NCBI RefSeq assembly: GCF_037042905.1
Contig: NC_087252.1
Location: 18,168,001 to 18,232,000, forward strand
Source: Lytechinus pictus
Lineage: Eukaryota
Length of the DNA stretch: 64,000 nucleotides
Reading direction: 5' to 3'
Position 1 is the first letter of the stretch, and every line of letters starts with the position of its first letter. Made by a program: the position numbers and the translations under genes. The notes under the pieces were generated by a model. It was given only the letters and a program-made list of their open reading frames with translations. It did not search any database and was not told the origin of the DNA. Positions 39,274 through 52,500 of this stretch are shown here, piece by piece.

Positions 39274-39725
39274 CACTGTTAAAAATGATTTAAACAACGC
39301 TGTTTACTATGTAAATCGCACAGTAGTTGTTTAAACATTTTAAACAAGTGTTTAAAATCTTAAACAACAAAGTTTAAATTTAAATATTTAATCATCATTA
39401 ATTTAAGCATGGTTGTTTAAGATTTTAAACACTTGTTCAAACCGTTTAAACAACTACTGTGTGATTCACATACACAGTAAAAACGCTGTTTAAGATTTTA
39501 TACAACGCTGTTTACTATATGAACCTTACAGTATTTTTTTAACCGTTTAAACAATCATGTTTAATTTATTGAAGATTAGATATTGAAAATTAAACTTTGT
39601 TGCTTAAGATTTAAACAATTGTTTAAACTGTTTAAACAATTGATGTAAGGTTCATACAGTAAACAGCGTTGTATATTTTTTTTACTGTGTAGTAAACAGC
39701 GTTGTTTAAATTATCGTTAACATTG
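39274..39725. mobile_element. CACTG-type (EnSpm group) MITE
   Basis: TA|CACTGTTAA...TTTAAACAACGCTGTTTACTA is mirrored by TAGTAAACAGCGTTGTTTAAA...TTAACATTG|TA; internal TTTAAAC repeats. Confidence 0.75.
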
Positions 39726-40711
39726 TACGTTTTCAATGTAGTTTTCTTTCTACAATGTAGGCCAACATTTCTCCATATAAGCACAACGTTTTGTCGATGA
39801 AGTCACAGGCTACCAATAAAATTGAAAATAAGCAATGTTAAAAAGGAAGCATTATATATGTTTTCCTATATACTAATAACAAATAGACACATAAGAAAGA
39901 GTGAAAACAAGTCAGGCATAATTGACTAATAACAATAATAGTCGCTAAGAACAGGGGCATCAAGCTCAAGCTATATTATTTGAGATATTTAACAAATCAA
40001 AATAATATATGTACAAACACTAAATACACTATACACACGGACCCAGGTGATAATTATTATTATTTACAAATCAATAAGGGGATCATACATGGCTACGGAT
40101 ACTATTTTAAAGCAAACATTTTTGATGGGAAAGTTTTCTCTTACGAAAAGTCTGTTGTAAAAATACCAGAAAAAATAATGAAAAATATTGGTAAAGGTTT
40201 GAGGTTAATCCATCAAAGATTATGCAGTTATGAGACTTTTAAGTTTCTAATTTGTGACCTCATTATATGAGCAGCTCCCCCATAATTCATGTTATATAAA
40301 ACGCATAATTTCAATTTGTGATGGTTCATGATGAATAAAAATTTGTTTCTTTCAGGAGTGGATGTGAAATTATTTGTCTGTTGATATCATGAATGTACAA
40401 TAAATAGGCTTACCATTTTGAAATTTTTGAGAAAATTACATTTTATTGATATTTTACTGTACGATATCTGGGAAAGTTGCTTGCATTATGACGTCAAATA
40501 AAAAAAAAATTCTAATACGTTTTTGAATCTTTAATGTATTCTCCTTAAACCTTCACCAATGATTTATTAGTTTTTCTGCTCTTTTCACAAAAAAAAGACT
40601 CTTCGTCAGGGTCCCATTAAGTGGAAGATATAGGTCATGGGAGTATGTGTATCCCCAGTCCTGGCTCCACTGCTGAATAAATTTGGTAAATTATCATATA
40701 CGTTGGCATGG

Positions 40712-40944
40712 AAGCTTTAAAGTGCCATCGGCTTGACAAGATGACGAATTATAATATCTTGTCGATATATCGACACAATAACGATATTATGCCAATATGG
40801 CGAGATACGTATCTCAACAGGTCGAATAAGAAGCATGTATTTATAAGTACATTATCTTGCAGTTTGACTTATAAGCAAGTTATATGTCGTCGTGGCAAGA
40901 TGAGATATTACACCATCTCGTCAAGTCGAGGCACCTTAAAGCTT
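40712..40944. mobile_element. Palindromic MITE
   Basis: AAGCTTTAAAGTGCCATCGGCTTGACAAGATG is mirrored by CATCTCGTCAAGTCGAGGCACCTTAAAGCTT. Confidence 0.65.
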
Positions 40945-41436
40945 TCGCACAGTGGATACAATACTTTATATTCAGCAAATCAAAAGAGGATGTTAATCAA
41001 ACCTATTGAAAACATCAGTCAGTCCTCAGCCCGTGATAGTCATAAACGCTTCAATTTTCAGAGTGAATATAAAAGCTCCAAATAAAAAAACACCCAGGCA
41101 AAATTTCAGATGATTACAAGTCATAACTTGAGGGGGCAAGATTATTGATATACTGAGAGGACTTGACCCCCCCCCCCCCCCTGGGAAAAAGATACAATAA
41201 TAATAATAATAATAATGAAAACACATGCGACTTGTATATAGGAGAATTATACTTGTATAATGAATGATTAAGACAGATTTTGAGTTGAACATCACACATA
41301 TCAATTCTTTATTAAAAAAAAACGGTACAACACTCACGAAGGGGAAGAGAAAGGAAAAGGAAGTTGAACTTGAAAAATATCTTATGTTCGTAAAGTGGTT
41401 TCCATCAAATAAAAAATAAAACGCGTTTGCTGCCCT

Positions 41437-41597
41437 CTATCGTTTCTTTTGAAGCACATTATCTTTGTAGTCTCCTTGAACATTGCCTGGTGGGTCATAA
41501 TTGAAGACTGAAAAGACTTGGTTTTTATTTTTAGGATTGACGGCGACTCCTATACCGAGACGTCGACTTTTCTTCCAAACAAGTTGAGTGAAGTGAC
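41437..41597 (-). CDS. Last coding exon of a GAPR-1/GLIPR2-like CAP (SCP/PR-1) protein: GHFTQLVWKKSRRLGIGVAVNPKNKNQVFSVFNYDPPGNVQGDYKDNVLQKKR*
   Basis: CAP signature GHFTQ.VW and Y.PPGN; ttgcAG acceptor; TAG stop; cysteine-free short C-terminus as in GAPR-1. Missed by the ORF track. Confidence 0.92.
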
Positions 41598-41768
41598 CTG
41601 CAATGAAAATGAAAATTACCCAGCAATCAGAAACAAAGGGTAATGATGTATAATTATCATGATTGTATTCGAAATGTCTACTTAAGCTAAATTACATGAT
41701 TAGATTAGGAGTCAGTTTGTTGCAACTGATACGTTTAGTAACATTTATACATTTCACACTATTAGCGA

Positions 41769-42075
41769 TTTTTCACAATCGCGACGGCAGGGACGGATTC
41801 TACAGCATAGAAAATCTATTGAAAATACCCGTCAATTCAAAATGTAGGCTACACTGAGCTGAGAGGTCTTTGTCGAAAACTGGTAAAATGGGACAGCCGA
41901 CCGTCGTAAGATTCTGATCTGACGAAAAATTGCAAATATGTCGTTTGTCCAGAGTCCAAGGCGAAACTGCTGGTTGGATTCACCGTTTTTCGACAAAGAC
42001 TGCTTTTTCATAAAGGGCTTTTGGCAATAGATTTTCTATGTTGTGGAATCGGTCCCTGTCGCGATTGCGAAAAAC
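41769..42075. mobile_element. Intronic MITE with inverted arms
   Basis: TTTTTCACAATCGCGAC...CATAGAAAATCTATT is mirrored by AATAGATTTTCTATG...GTCGCGATTGCGAAAAA. Confidence 0.65.
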
Positions 42076-42932
42076 CCCCCAATTTGTATTCAGAAACGAC
42101 GGTGTTCCAATCCAAATGTGGCTAGAAAATACTGAAATATTACTAAAATATATATAAAGTTCTTTAAAAAAAGTTTAATCTTTAATTTTTTTAAACAATC
42201 ATGACAATATGAACATACCAAAGTATAATACAAACAACCTCCAATATTTTCATGTTACTCACATTCCAATATAGTTAAAGGTTGGTTCTTTCATTATAAT
42301 ACAATTTTTTTTTCGAAAATGGAAGTAGTGAAATGAATGAAAATCAGAGGGTGAAGATAGATAATTTCCAAAGTACAGAATTATACAAATCATCTTAATT
42401 TCCCTTTAACAGAATAATTATATAAATAATGGATATCAATTGATATTGTTAAGCACACAACAACCTCTAAAAGTAACCACTCTGTTCAGCTTTTGCTGAA
42501 CATGCTGTGTCCGACTGTGAGTATTTGATAAATTTCACTCCGTTTATTTCCATTTCGAACATTTAAAATTTTTCATAAACATTTCGATATACAGATTTAT
42601 AAGCAATAAAACATACAGCAAATTTTACGTACAAAAATGATAGTCGCAATTATCATAATCAGGTTGAGAATGGAGGATGCTAGTAACCACCCCCCCCCCA
42701 CCCCCCCCCCCCCCGAGCTTGTAGGGTGCAACCTTCTCATAATCGATAGTAGAGACCAAACATAAATCAACCTAAATTATGGAATAGATTACAAGCCTTC
42801 TATAAGCAATACATTGATTGAAGGAGATATTGAGGGGAGATAGAGAGACACGGAGACAAAAATACATGGAGGGACAGAGGGGGGGGGGGGGTGGGGCAGA
42901 CGGGGGTGGGGTGGGGTATAATATATACAAAC

Positions 42933-43010
42933 CTGTTCCCGATGAGAAACCAGCGTTACCAAAGTTATATCGTTGAATCTCGTCATAGAATGCTTTGCTT
43001 GCCTTTTCAC
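42933..43010 (-). CDS. Penultimate exon of the GAPR-1/GLIPR2-like gene: (G)EKASKAFYDEIQRYNFGNAGFSSGT(G)
   Basis: ttgcAG acceptor, GTTTGT donor, 78 nt, phase 1/1; matches the (W/F)Y.EI..YNF...GF.SGTG motif and joins in frame to GHFTQ. Confidence 0.92.
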
Positions 43011-43522
43011 CTGCAAATAAATTCAATTAAGAAAATAAGATATATCATAAACATTACAATAAACCTGAAAATAGTTCCACTTTAGTTAAATCCATTCATA
43101 TCGCTTGATGCATCAGAGAGATCTATACAGGAAATTTTCAGAACTGCTTTCTTTCATGATTGTGTTGATCAGATATGCCTGAGGTGCTCAAATATTAAAA
43201 AAGGATTAATAGTTTTAAAACGATCTTAATCTATTGAATAAATGTAAGTCTATTCAATTTAGATTACAGTCATTTTACAGATTTTCTTTTTAAATCGTTT
43301 TCTTCATCCCAAGAAATGTGAATACAAAATTATTTCTATTGTGGCTTTAAGTTGAGTTCTGAGAAATATCGAGGTTTGCCAACATCGCCTAAAACCTAAA
43401 GTCATACTTGCTTTTAATATAATTTTGACTTCTTTGACCCATGAAAAGCTCATTTTAATTGAAATCGTGATTTATTTTTCCAGTTCTTTGTACATGTTGT
43501 ATGTCTTGTAGTAATAATAATA

Positions 43523-46500
43523 AACTAGATTTTAATTCGTCATGCGGACGAATTAGGTGGTCTGTCCTTATTCTCGCCATCATGATCACTATTACCATGT
43601 TCAAGCAGATCAAAATGATCTTCATGATGACAACGAAATGTTCATTTTGGATGGAATACTTGTGAAAGACGGGAGATGAGAAGGCACTGTGAAAAGGGTC
43701 TCTTTGATATATGAAAATACATGTGATATGAAAAAAGTAATTATAATCTGTTGAATCTTGCTAAATTTTAACTTTCATACCTTTTAATTATCATAAAGGA
43801 TCATGTACGAGGTGGTAAAAAGAAAAAAAAAATCATCTTGTTCACCCCCAGGACTCGAACCTGCGCCCCCGAGAACTCAAGTCAGGTGCGTTATCCATTG
43901 AGCCACGATATTCCCCATAGAGATTACACGTTCCCATAGAGATTACACGGAAGCAAATTTGAGAATTACAAATGCAATTTTGCAAGCGAAAAACGGGCAT
44001 GATCCTGGCATCTGATCGAAAAAAAAGGTGACACTTTCGAAAGCTTAGAATCTCAGCTACATCATACCAAAAGCTCAGGGATAACTAACTATAAAAAATG
44101 GAGATATAGCTCACGAAATAGAGGAATGTAGAATCTAGTTTTGAGAAAAAGTCATGTCCCATAGAGATTACACGTAAAATGAGGAAAAATGACATGCCTC
44201 TTTTCATCGCAATTTTACAACATGATGCGTTTTTCAAAATGAAAATTTATGTTAACTGTCGAGAAAGAGTACATTCTAAACTACAACATATCGAAATCTG
44301 GGCGAAAAATGATCAATATTCACGGAGTTATGATCAAATTTGCATAAATTAAGATGACGTCATTTTTGAAAAAATGAAATTTTCAGTTTAGGCGCAATTT
44401 TGATGACGTCATGATCAAATTGAGGGACAATGGTGACATGAAATCAAATCTACAAGTCCTACTCTATCGATATATGAAAAAAATTGGGGTCAACGGACTA
44501 TTTAAAGAGGTATAGTGAATTTTCAATTGCCCCTTTTTTTTGGCCATATATGGCCTGTAGTGAGAGCTCGCGCGCACACGTGCTGCAAAGTTTAACAGGT
44601 GATAATTTCGTTATTACTTGTCGTAGAAGGTTGATCAATGTATCAAATTGTTCAGAATTATATTATCGGTGCATAGATATAAAAAAATTGGCGATTCTAT
44701 GTTGGAAGATGCAATTACGCGCGAAAACGCGCGCGCATGTGCGTGCGCGCGTTTTTTTGCAAAATGCTTAAAATGGCCTGAAACGTATGGAAAATTAATT
44801 TGGAACGAATTTGAGCATTTTAAAATTTTAATGCGCGCGTACGTGCGCGTCGAGGTGCGCGCGCGGAATTTGATGAAATTTTTAGTTGACCGTTGACCTG
44901 AAGTTGATGTATACCAAATATAGTTGATTTTTGATGACTCGTTATCGAGATATGATAATGACCTGATTTTTACAAAATGGCGCCTGGATGAAGTCACGAT
45001 GACCTAATGACCTTGAAAAAAGGAGGGCACACTTCCGAAAGCTTAGAATCTCAGCTACATCATACCAAAAGCTCAGGGATAACTAACAAGAAAAAATGGA
45101 GATATAGCTCACGAAATAGAGGAATGTAGAATCTAGTTTTGAGAAAAAGTCATGTCCCATAGAGATTACACGTAAAATGAGGAAAAATGACATGCCTCTT
45201 TTCATCGCAATTTTAGACCATGATGCGTTTTTCAAAATGAAAATTTATGTTAACTGACGAGAAAAAATACATTCTAAACTACAACATATCGAAATCTGGG
45301 CGAAAAATGATCAATATTCACGGAGTTATGATCAAATTTGCATAAATTTGATGACGTCATTTTTGAAAAAATGAAATTTTCAGTTTACGCGCAATTTAGA
45401 TGACGTCATGATCAAATTGAGGGACAATGGTGACATGAAATCAAATCTACATCTCCTACTCTATCGATATATGAAAAAAAATTGGGGGTCAACGGACTAT
45501 TTAAAGAGCTACAGTGAATTTTTAATAGGCATGTTTTTTCCCATATATGGCCTATAGTAAGAGCTCGCGCGCACACATGCTGCAAACTTTAACGGGTGTT
45601 AATTTCGTTATTAATGGTCGTAGAAGGTTGATCAAGGAATCAAATTGCTCAGAATTATATTATCAATGCAATGATATAGAAAAAACGGCGTTTCTGCGTT
45701 GCGTTGAAGGCGTTACGCGCGGAAACGCGCGCGCATACGTGTGCGCGCGCAAATTTTTGAAATGCTTAAAATGACCTGAAACGTACTTTACTTTGGTCAA
45801 AAAGTGATTTTGAGCATTTTAAAAATTTGACGAGCGCGTACGCGCGCGTCGTGACCTCCAGGTGACCTTTGATGACATGACCTGTTGACCCTTGACCTGA
45901 AGTTGATGTGATGTTAATTTGATTGATTTTTGATAATTGATAATGGAGATATGATTGACAATGTGATTTTACAAAATGGCGCCTGGATGACGTCATCATG
46001 ACCTGATGACCTTGAAAAAGTTAATTTTACTAGAAATCATAAAGCTTGATGACTGACAGAAATTTGAAGGAAATTGACTATGTCGATTTCGAGTGAACGT
46101 GTGTACAAAAAAGTGTACGGAAGAAATAAAAATAAACTAGATTTTAATTCGTCATGCGGACGAATTAGGTGGTCTGTCCTTATTCTCGCCATCATGATCA
46201 CTATTACCATGTTCAAGCAGATCAATATGATCTTCATGATGACAACGGAATGTTCATTATGGATGGAATACTTGTGAAAGTCGGGAGATGATAAAGAACT
46301 GTGAAAAGGGTCTCTTTGATATATGAAAATACATGTGATATGAAAATAGTAATTATAATCTGTTTAATCTTGCTAGATTTTAACTTTCATACCTTTTAAA
46401 TACCAAAAAGGATCATGTACGAGGTGGTAAAAAGAAAAAAAAAAAGAAAAAAAAAATCACCTTGTTCACCCCCAGGACTCGAACCTGCGCCCCCGAGAAC

Positions 46501-49500
46501 TCAAGTCTAGTGCGTTATCCATTGAGCCACGATATTCCCCATAGAGATTTCATGTTCCCATAGAGATTACACGTAAGCAAATTTGAGAATTACAAATCCA
46601 ATTTTGCAAGCGAAAAACGGGCATGATCCTGGCATCTGATCGAAAAATGGAGGGCACACTTCCGAAAGCTTAGAATCTCAGCTACATCATACCAAAAGCT
46701 CAGGGATAACTAACAAGAAAAAATGGAGATAAAGCTCACGAAATAGAGGAATGTAGAATCTAGTTTTGAGAAAAAGTCATGTCCCATAGAGATTACACGT
46801 AAAATGAGGAAAAATGACATGCCTCTTTTCATTGCAATTTTACACCATGATGCGTTTTTCAAAATAAAAATTCATGATAACTGACGAGAAAGAGTACATT
46901 CTAAACTACAACATATCGAAATCTGGGCGAAAAATTATCAATATTCATGGAGTTATGATCAAATTTGCATAAATTTGATGACGTCATTTTTGAAAAAATG
47001 AAATTTTCAGTTTAGGCGCAATTTTGATGACGTCATGATCAAATTGAGGGACAATGGTGACATGAAATCAAATTTACAACTTATACTCTATCGATATATG
47101 AAAAAAAAACTGGGGTCAACGGACTATTTAAAGAGCTACAGTGAATTTTCAATAGACATGTTTTTGCCCATATATGGCCTGTAGTCAGAGCTCGCGCGCA
47201 CACGTGCTGCAAAGTATAACGGGTGATAATTTCGTTATTACTTGTCGTAGAAGGTTGATCAAGGTATCAAATTGTTCAGAATTATATTATCGGTGCATTG
47301 ATATAAAAAAAATTGGCGATTCAATGTTGGAAGATGCAATCACGCGCGAAAACGCGCGCGCATGTGCGTGCGCGTTTTTTTTGCAAAATGCTTAAAATGG
47401 CCTAAAACGTATGGAAAATTAATTTGGAACGAATTTGAGCATTTTAAAATTTTAATGCGCGCGTACGTGCGCGTCGAGGTGCGCGCGCGGAATTTGATGA
47501 ATTTTTTAGTTGACCGTTGACCTGAAGTTGATGTATACCAAATATAGTTGATTTTTGATGACTCGTTATCGAGATATGATAATGACCTGATTTTTACAAA
47601 ATGGCGCCTGGATGAAGTCACGATGACCTAATGACTTTGAAAAAAGGAGGGCACACTTCCGAAAGCTTAGAATCTCAGCTACATCTTATTAAAAGCTCAA
47701 GGATAACAAACAAGAAAAATTGGAGATATAGCTCACGAAGTAGAGGAATGTAGAATCTAGTTTTGAGAAAAAGTCATGTCCCATAGAGATTACACGTAAA
47801 ATGAGGAAAAATGACATGCCTCTTTTCATCGCAATTTTACACCATGATGCGTTTTTCGGAATGAAAATTCATGTTAAATGACGAGAAAGAGTACATTCTA
47901 AACTACAACATATCGAAATCTGGGCGAAAAATGATCAATATTCACGGAGTTATGATCACATTTGCATAAATTTGATGATGTCATTTTTGAAAAAATGAAA
48001 TTTTCAGTTTAGGCGCAATTTTGATGACGTCATGATCAAATTGAGGGACAATGGTGACATGAAATTAAATCTACAACTCATACTCTATTGATATATGAAA
48101 AAAAATTGGGGGTCAACGGACTATTTAAAGAGCTACAGTGAATTCTTAATAGACATGTTTTTGCCCATATATGGCCTGTAGTGAGAGCTCGCGCGCACAC
48201 GTGCTGCAAAGTATAACGGGTGATAATTTCGTTATTACTTGTCGTAGAAGGTTGATCAAGGTATCAAATTGTTCAGAATTATATTATCGGTGCATTGATA
48301 TAAAAAAAATTGGCGATTCTATGTTGAAAGATGCAATTACGCGCAAAAACGCGCGCGCATGTGCGTGCGCGCGTTTTTTTGCAAAATGCTTAAAATGGCC
48401 TGAAACGTATGGAAAAATAATTTGGAACGAATTTGAGCATTTTAAAATTTTAATGCGCGCGTACGTGCGCGTCGAGGTGCGCGCGCGGAATTTGATGAAA
48501 TTTTTAGTTGACCGTTGACCTGAAGTTGATGTATACCAAATATAGTAGATTTTTGATGACTCGTTATCGAGATATGATAATGACCTGATTTTTACAAAAT
48601 GGCGCCTGGATGACGTCACGATGACCTAATGACCTTGAAAAAGTTAATTTTACTAGAAATCATATGGCTTGATGACTGACAGAAATTTGAAGGAAATTGA
48701 TCATGTCAATTTCGAATGAACGTGTGTACAAAAAAGTGTACGGAAGAAATAAAAACTAGATTTTAATTCGTCATGCGGACGAATTAGGTGGTCTGTCCTT
48801 ATTCTCGCCATCATGATCACTATTACCATGTTCAAGCAGATCAATATGATCTTCATGATGACAACGGAATGTTCATTATGGATGGAATACTTGTGAAAGA
48901 CGGGAGATGATAAAGCACTGTGAAAAGGGTCTCTTTAATATATGAACATACAAGTGATATGAAAAAAGTTATTATAATCTGTTAAATCTTGCTAAATTTT
49001 AACTTTCATACCTTTTAATTATCATAACGGATCATGTACGAGGTGGTAAAAAGAAAAAAAAAATGAAAAAAAAAATCATCTTGTTCACCCCCAGGACTCG
49101 AACCTGCGCCCCCGAGAACTCAAGTCAAGTGCGTTATCCATTGAGCCACGATATTCCCCATAGAGATTACACGTTCCCATAGAGATTACACGTAAGCAAA
49201 TTTGAGAATTACAAATCCAATTTTGCAAGCGAAAAACGGGCATGATCCTGACATCTGATCGAAAAATGGAGGGCAAACTTCCGAAAGCTTAGAATCTCAG
49301 CTACATCATACCAAAAGCTCAGGGATAACGAACAAGAAAAAATGGAGATATAGCTCACGAAATAGAGGAATGTAGAATCTAGTTTTGAGAAAAAGTCATG
49401 TCCCATAGAGATTACACGTAAAATGAGGAAAAATGACATGCCTCTTTTCATCGCAATTTTACACCATGATGCGTTTTTCAAAATGAAAATTCATGCTAAC

Positions 49501-52500
49501 TGACGAGAAAGAGTACATTCTAACCTACAACATATTGAAATCTGGGCGAAAAATGATCAATATTCACGGAGTTATGATCAAATTTGCATAAATTTGATGA
49601 CGTCATTTTTGAAAAATGAAATTTTCAGTTTAGGCGCAATCTTGATGACGTCATGATCAAATTGAGGGACAATGGTGACATGAAATCAAATCTACAACTC
49701 ATACTCTATCGATATATGAAAGAAAAATTGGGGTCAACGGACTATTTAAAGAGCTACAGTGAATTTTCAATAGAAATGTTTTTGCCCATATATGGCCTGT
49801 AGTGAGAGCTCGCGCGCACACGTGCTGCAAAGTTTAACGGGTGATAATTTCGTTATTACTTGTCGTAGAAGGTTGATCAAGGTATCAAATTGCTCAGAAT
49901 TATATTATAAATGCAATGATATAAAAAAAACTGCGTTTCTGCGTTGCGTTGAAGGCGTTACGCGCGGAAACGCGCGCGCATACGTGTGCGCGCGCAAATT
50001 TTTGAAATGCTTGAAATGACCTGAAACGTACTTTACTTTGGTCAAAAAGTGATTTTGAGCATTTTAAAAATTTGACGTGCGCGTACGCGCGCGTCGTGAC
50101 CTCCAGGTGACCTTTGATGACATGAACTGTTGACCCTTGACCTGAAGTTGATGTGATGTTAATTTGATTGATTTTTGATAATTGATAATGGAGATATGAT
50201 CGACAATGTGATTTTACAAAATGGCGCCTGGATGACGTCATCATGACTTGATGACCTTGAAAAAGTTGATTTTACTTGAAATCATAGAGCTTGATGACTG
50301 ACAGAAATTTGAAGGAAATTGACCTTGTCGATTTCGAGTGAACGTGTGTACAAAAAAGTGTACGGAAGAAATAAAAATAAACTAGATTTTAATTCGTCAT
50401 GCGGACGAATTAGGTGGTCTGTCCTTATTCTTGCCATCATGATCACTAATACCATGTTCATGCAGATCAATATGATCTTCATGACGACAACGGAATGTTC
50501 ATTATGGATGGAATACTTGTGAAAGACGGGAGATGATAAAGAACTGTGAAAAGGGTCTCTTTGATATATGAAAATACATGTGATATGAAAAAAGTAATTA
50601 TAATCTGTTTAATCTTGCTAAATTTTAACTTTCATACCTTTTAATTATCATAAAGGATCATGTACGAGGTGGTAAAAAGAAAAAAAAATCATCTTGTTCA
50701 CCCCCAGGACTCGAACCTGCGCCCCCGAGAACTCAAGTCAAGTGCGTTATCCATTGAGCCACGATATTCCCCATAGAGATTACACGTTCCCATATAGATT
50801 ACACGGAAGCAAATTTGAGAATTACAAATCCAATTTTGCAAGCGAAAAACGGGCATGATTCTGGCATCTGATCGAAAAAAATGTTGGCACTTTCGAAAGC
50901 TGAGAATCTCAGCTACATCATACCAAAAGCTCAGGGGTAACTAACGAGAAAAAATGGAGATATAGCTCACGAAATAGAGGAATGTAGAATCTAGTTTTGA
51001 GAAAAAGTCATGTCCCATAGAGATTACACGTAAAATGAGAAAAAATGACATGCCTCTTTTCATCGCAATTTTACACCATGATGCGTTTTTCAAAATGAAA
51101 ATTTATGGTGACTGTCGAGAAAGAGTACATTCTAAACTACAACATATCGAAATCTGGGCGAAAAATGATCAATATTCACGGAATTATGTTCAAATTTGCA
51201 TAAATTTGATGACGTCATTTTTGAAAAAATGAAATTTTCAGTTTAGGCGCAATTTTGATGACGTCATGATCAAATTGAGGGACAATGGTGACATGAAATC
51301 AAATCTACAAGTCATACTCTATCGATATATGAAAAAAAATTGGGGTCAACGGACTATTTAAAGAGGTATAGTGAATTTTCAATTGCCCCTTTTTTTTGGC
51401 CATATATGGCCTGTAGTGAGAGCTCGCGCGCACACGTGCTGCAAAGTTTAACAGGTGATAATTTCGTTATTACTTGTCGTAGAAGGTTTATCAATGTATC
51501 AAATTGTTCAGAATTATATTATCGGTGCATTGATATAAAAAAATTGGCGATTCTATGTTGGAAGATGCAATTACGCGCGAAAACGCGCGCGCATGTGCGT
51601 GCGCGCTTTTTTTTGCAAAATGCTTAAAATGGCCTGAAACGTATGGAAAATAAATTTGGAACGAATTTGAGCATTTTAAAATTTTGATGCGCGCGTACGT
51701 GCGCGTCGAGGTGCGCGCGCGGAATTCGATGAAATTTTTAGTTGACCGTTGACCTGAAGTTGATGTATACCAAATATAGTTGATTTTTAATGACTCGTTA
51801 TCGAGATATGATAATGACCTGATTTTTACAAAATGGCGCCTTGATGAAGTCACGATGACCTAATGACCTTGAAAAAAGGAGGGCACACTTCCGAAAGCTT
51901 AGAATCTCAGCTACATCATACCGAAAGGTCAGGGATAACTAACAAGAAAAAATGGAGATATAGCTCACGAAATAGAGGAATGTAGAATCTAGTTTTGAGA
52001 AAAAGTCATGTCCCATAGAGATTACACGTAAAATGAGGAAAAATGACATGCCTCTTTTCATCGCAATTTTAGACCATGATGCGTTTTTCAAAATGAAAAT
52101 TTATGAATTTGTTTAGAAAGAGTAGATTCTAAACTACAACATATCGAAATCTGGGCGAAAAATGATCAATATTCACGGAGTTATGATCAAATTTGCATAA
52201 ATTTGATGACGTCATTTTTGAAAAAATGAAATTTTCAGTTTAGGCGCAATTTTGATGACGTCATGATCAAATTGAGGGACAATGGTGACATGAAATCAAA
52301 TCTACAACTCATACTCTATCGATAAATGAAAAAAAATTGGGGGTCAACGGACTATTTACAGAGCTACAGTGAATTTTTAATAGGCATGTTTTTTCCCATA
52401 TATGGCCTATAGTAAGAGCTCGCGCGCACACGTGCTGCAAACTTTAACGGGTGTTAATTTCGTTATTAATGGTCGTAGAAGGTTGATCAAGGTATCAAAT

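Noticed and set aside
43841..43917. Functional tRNA-Arg gene cluster
   Set aside because: The acceptor stem does not pair and the anticodon arm is irregular; only the promoter boxes are retained.
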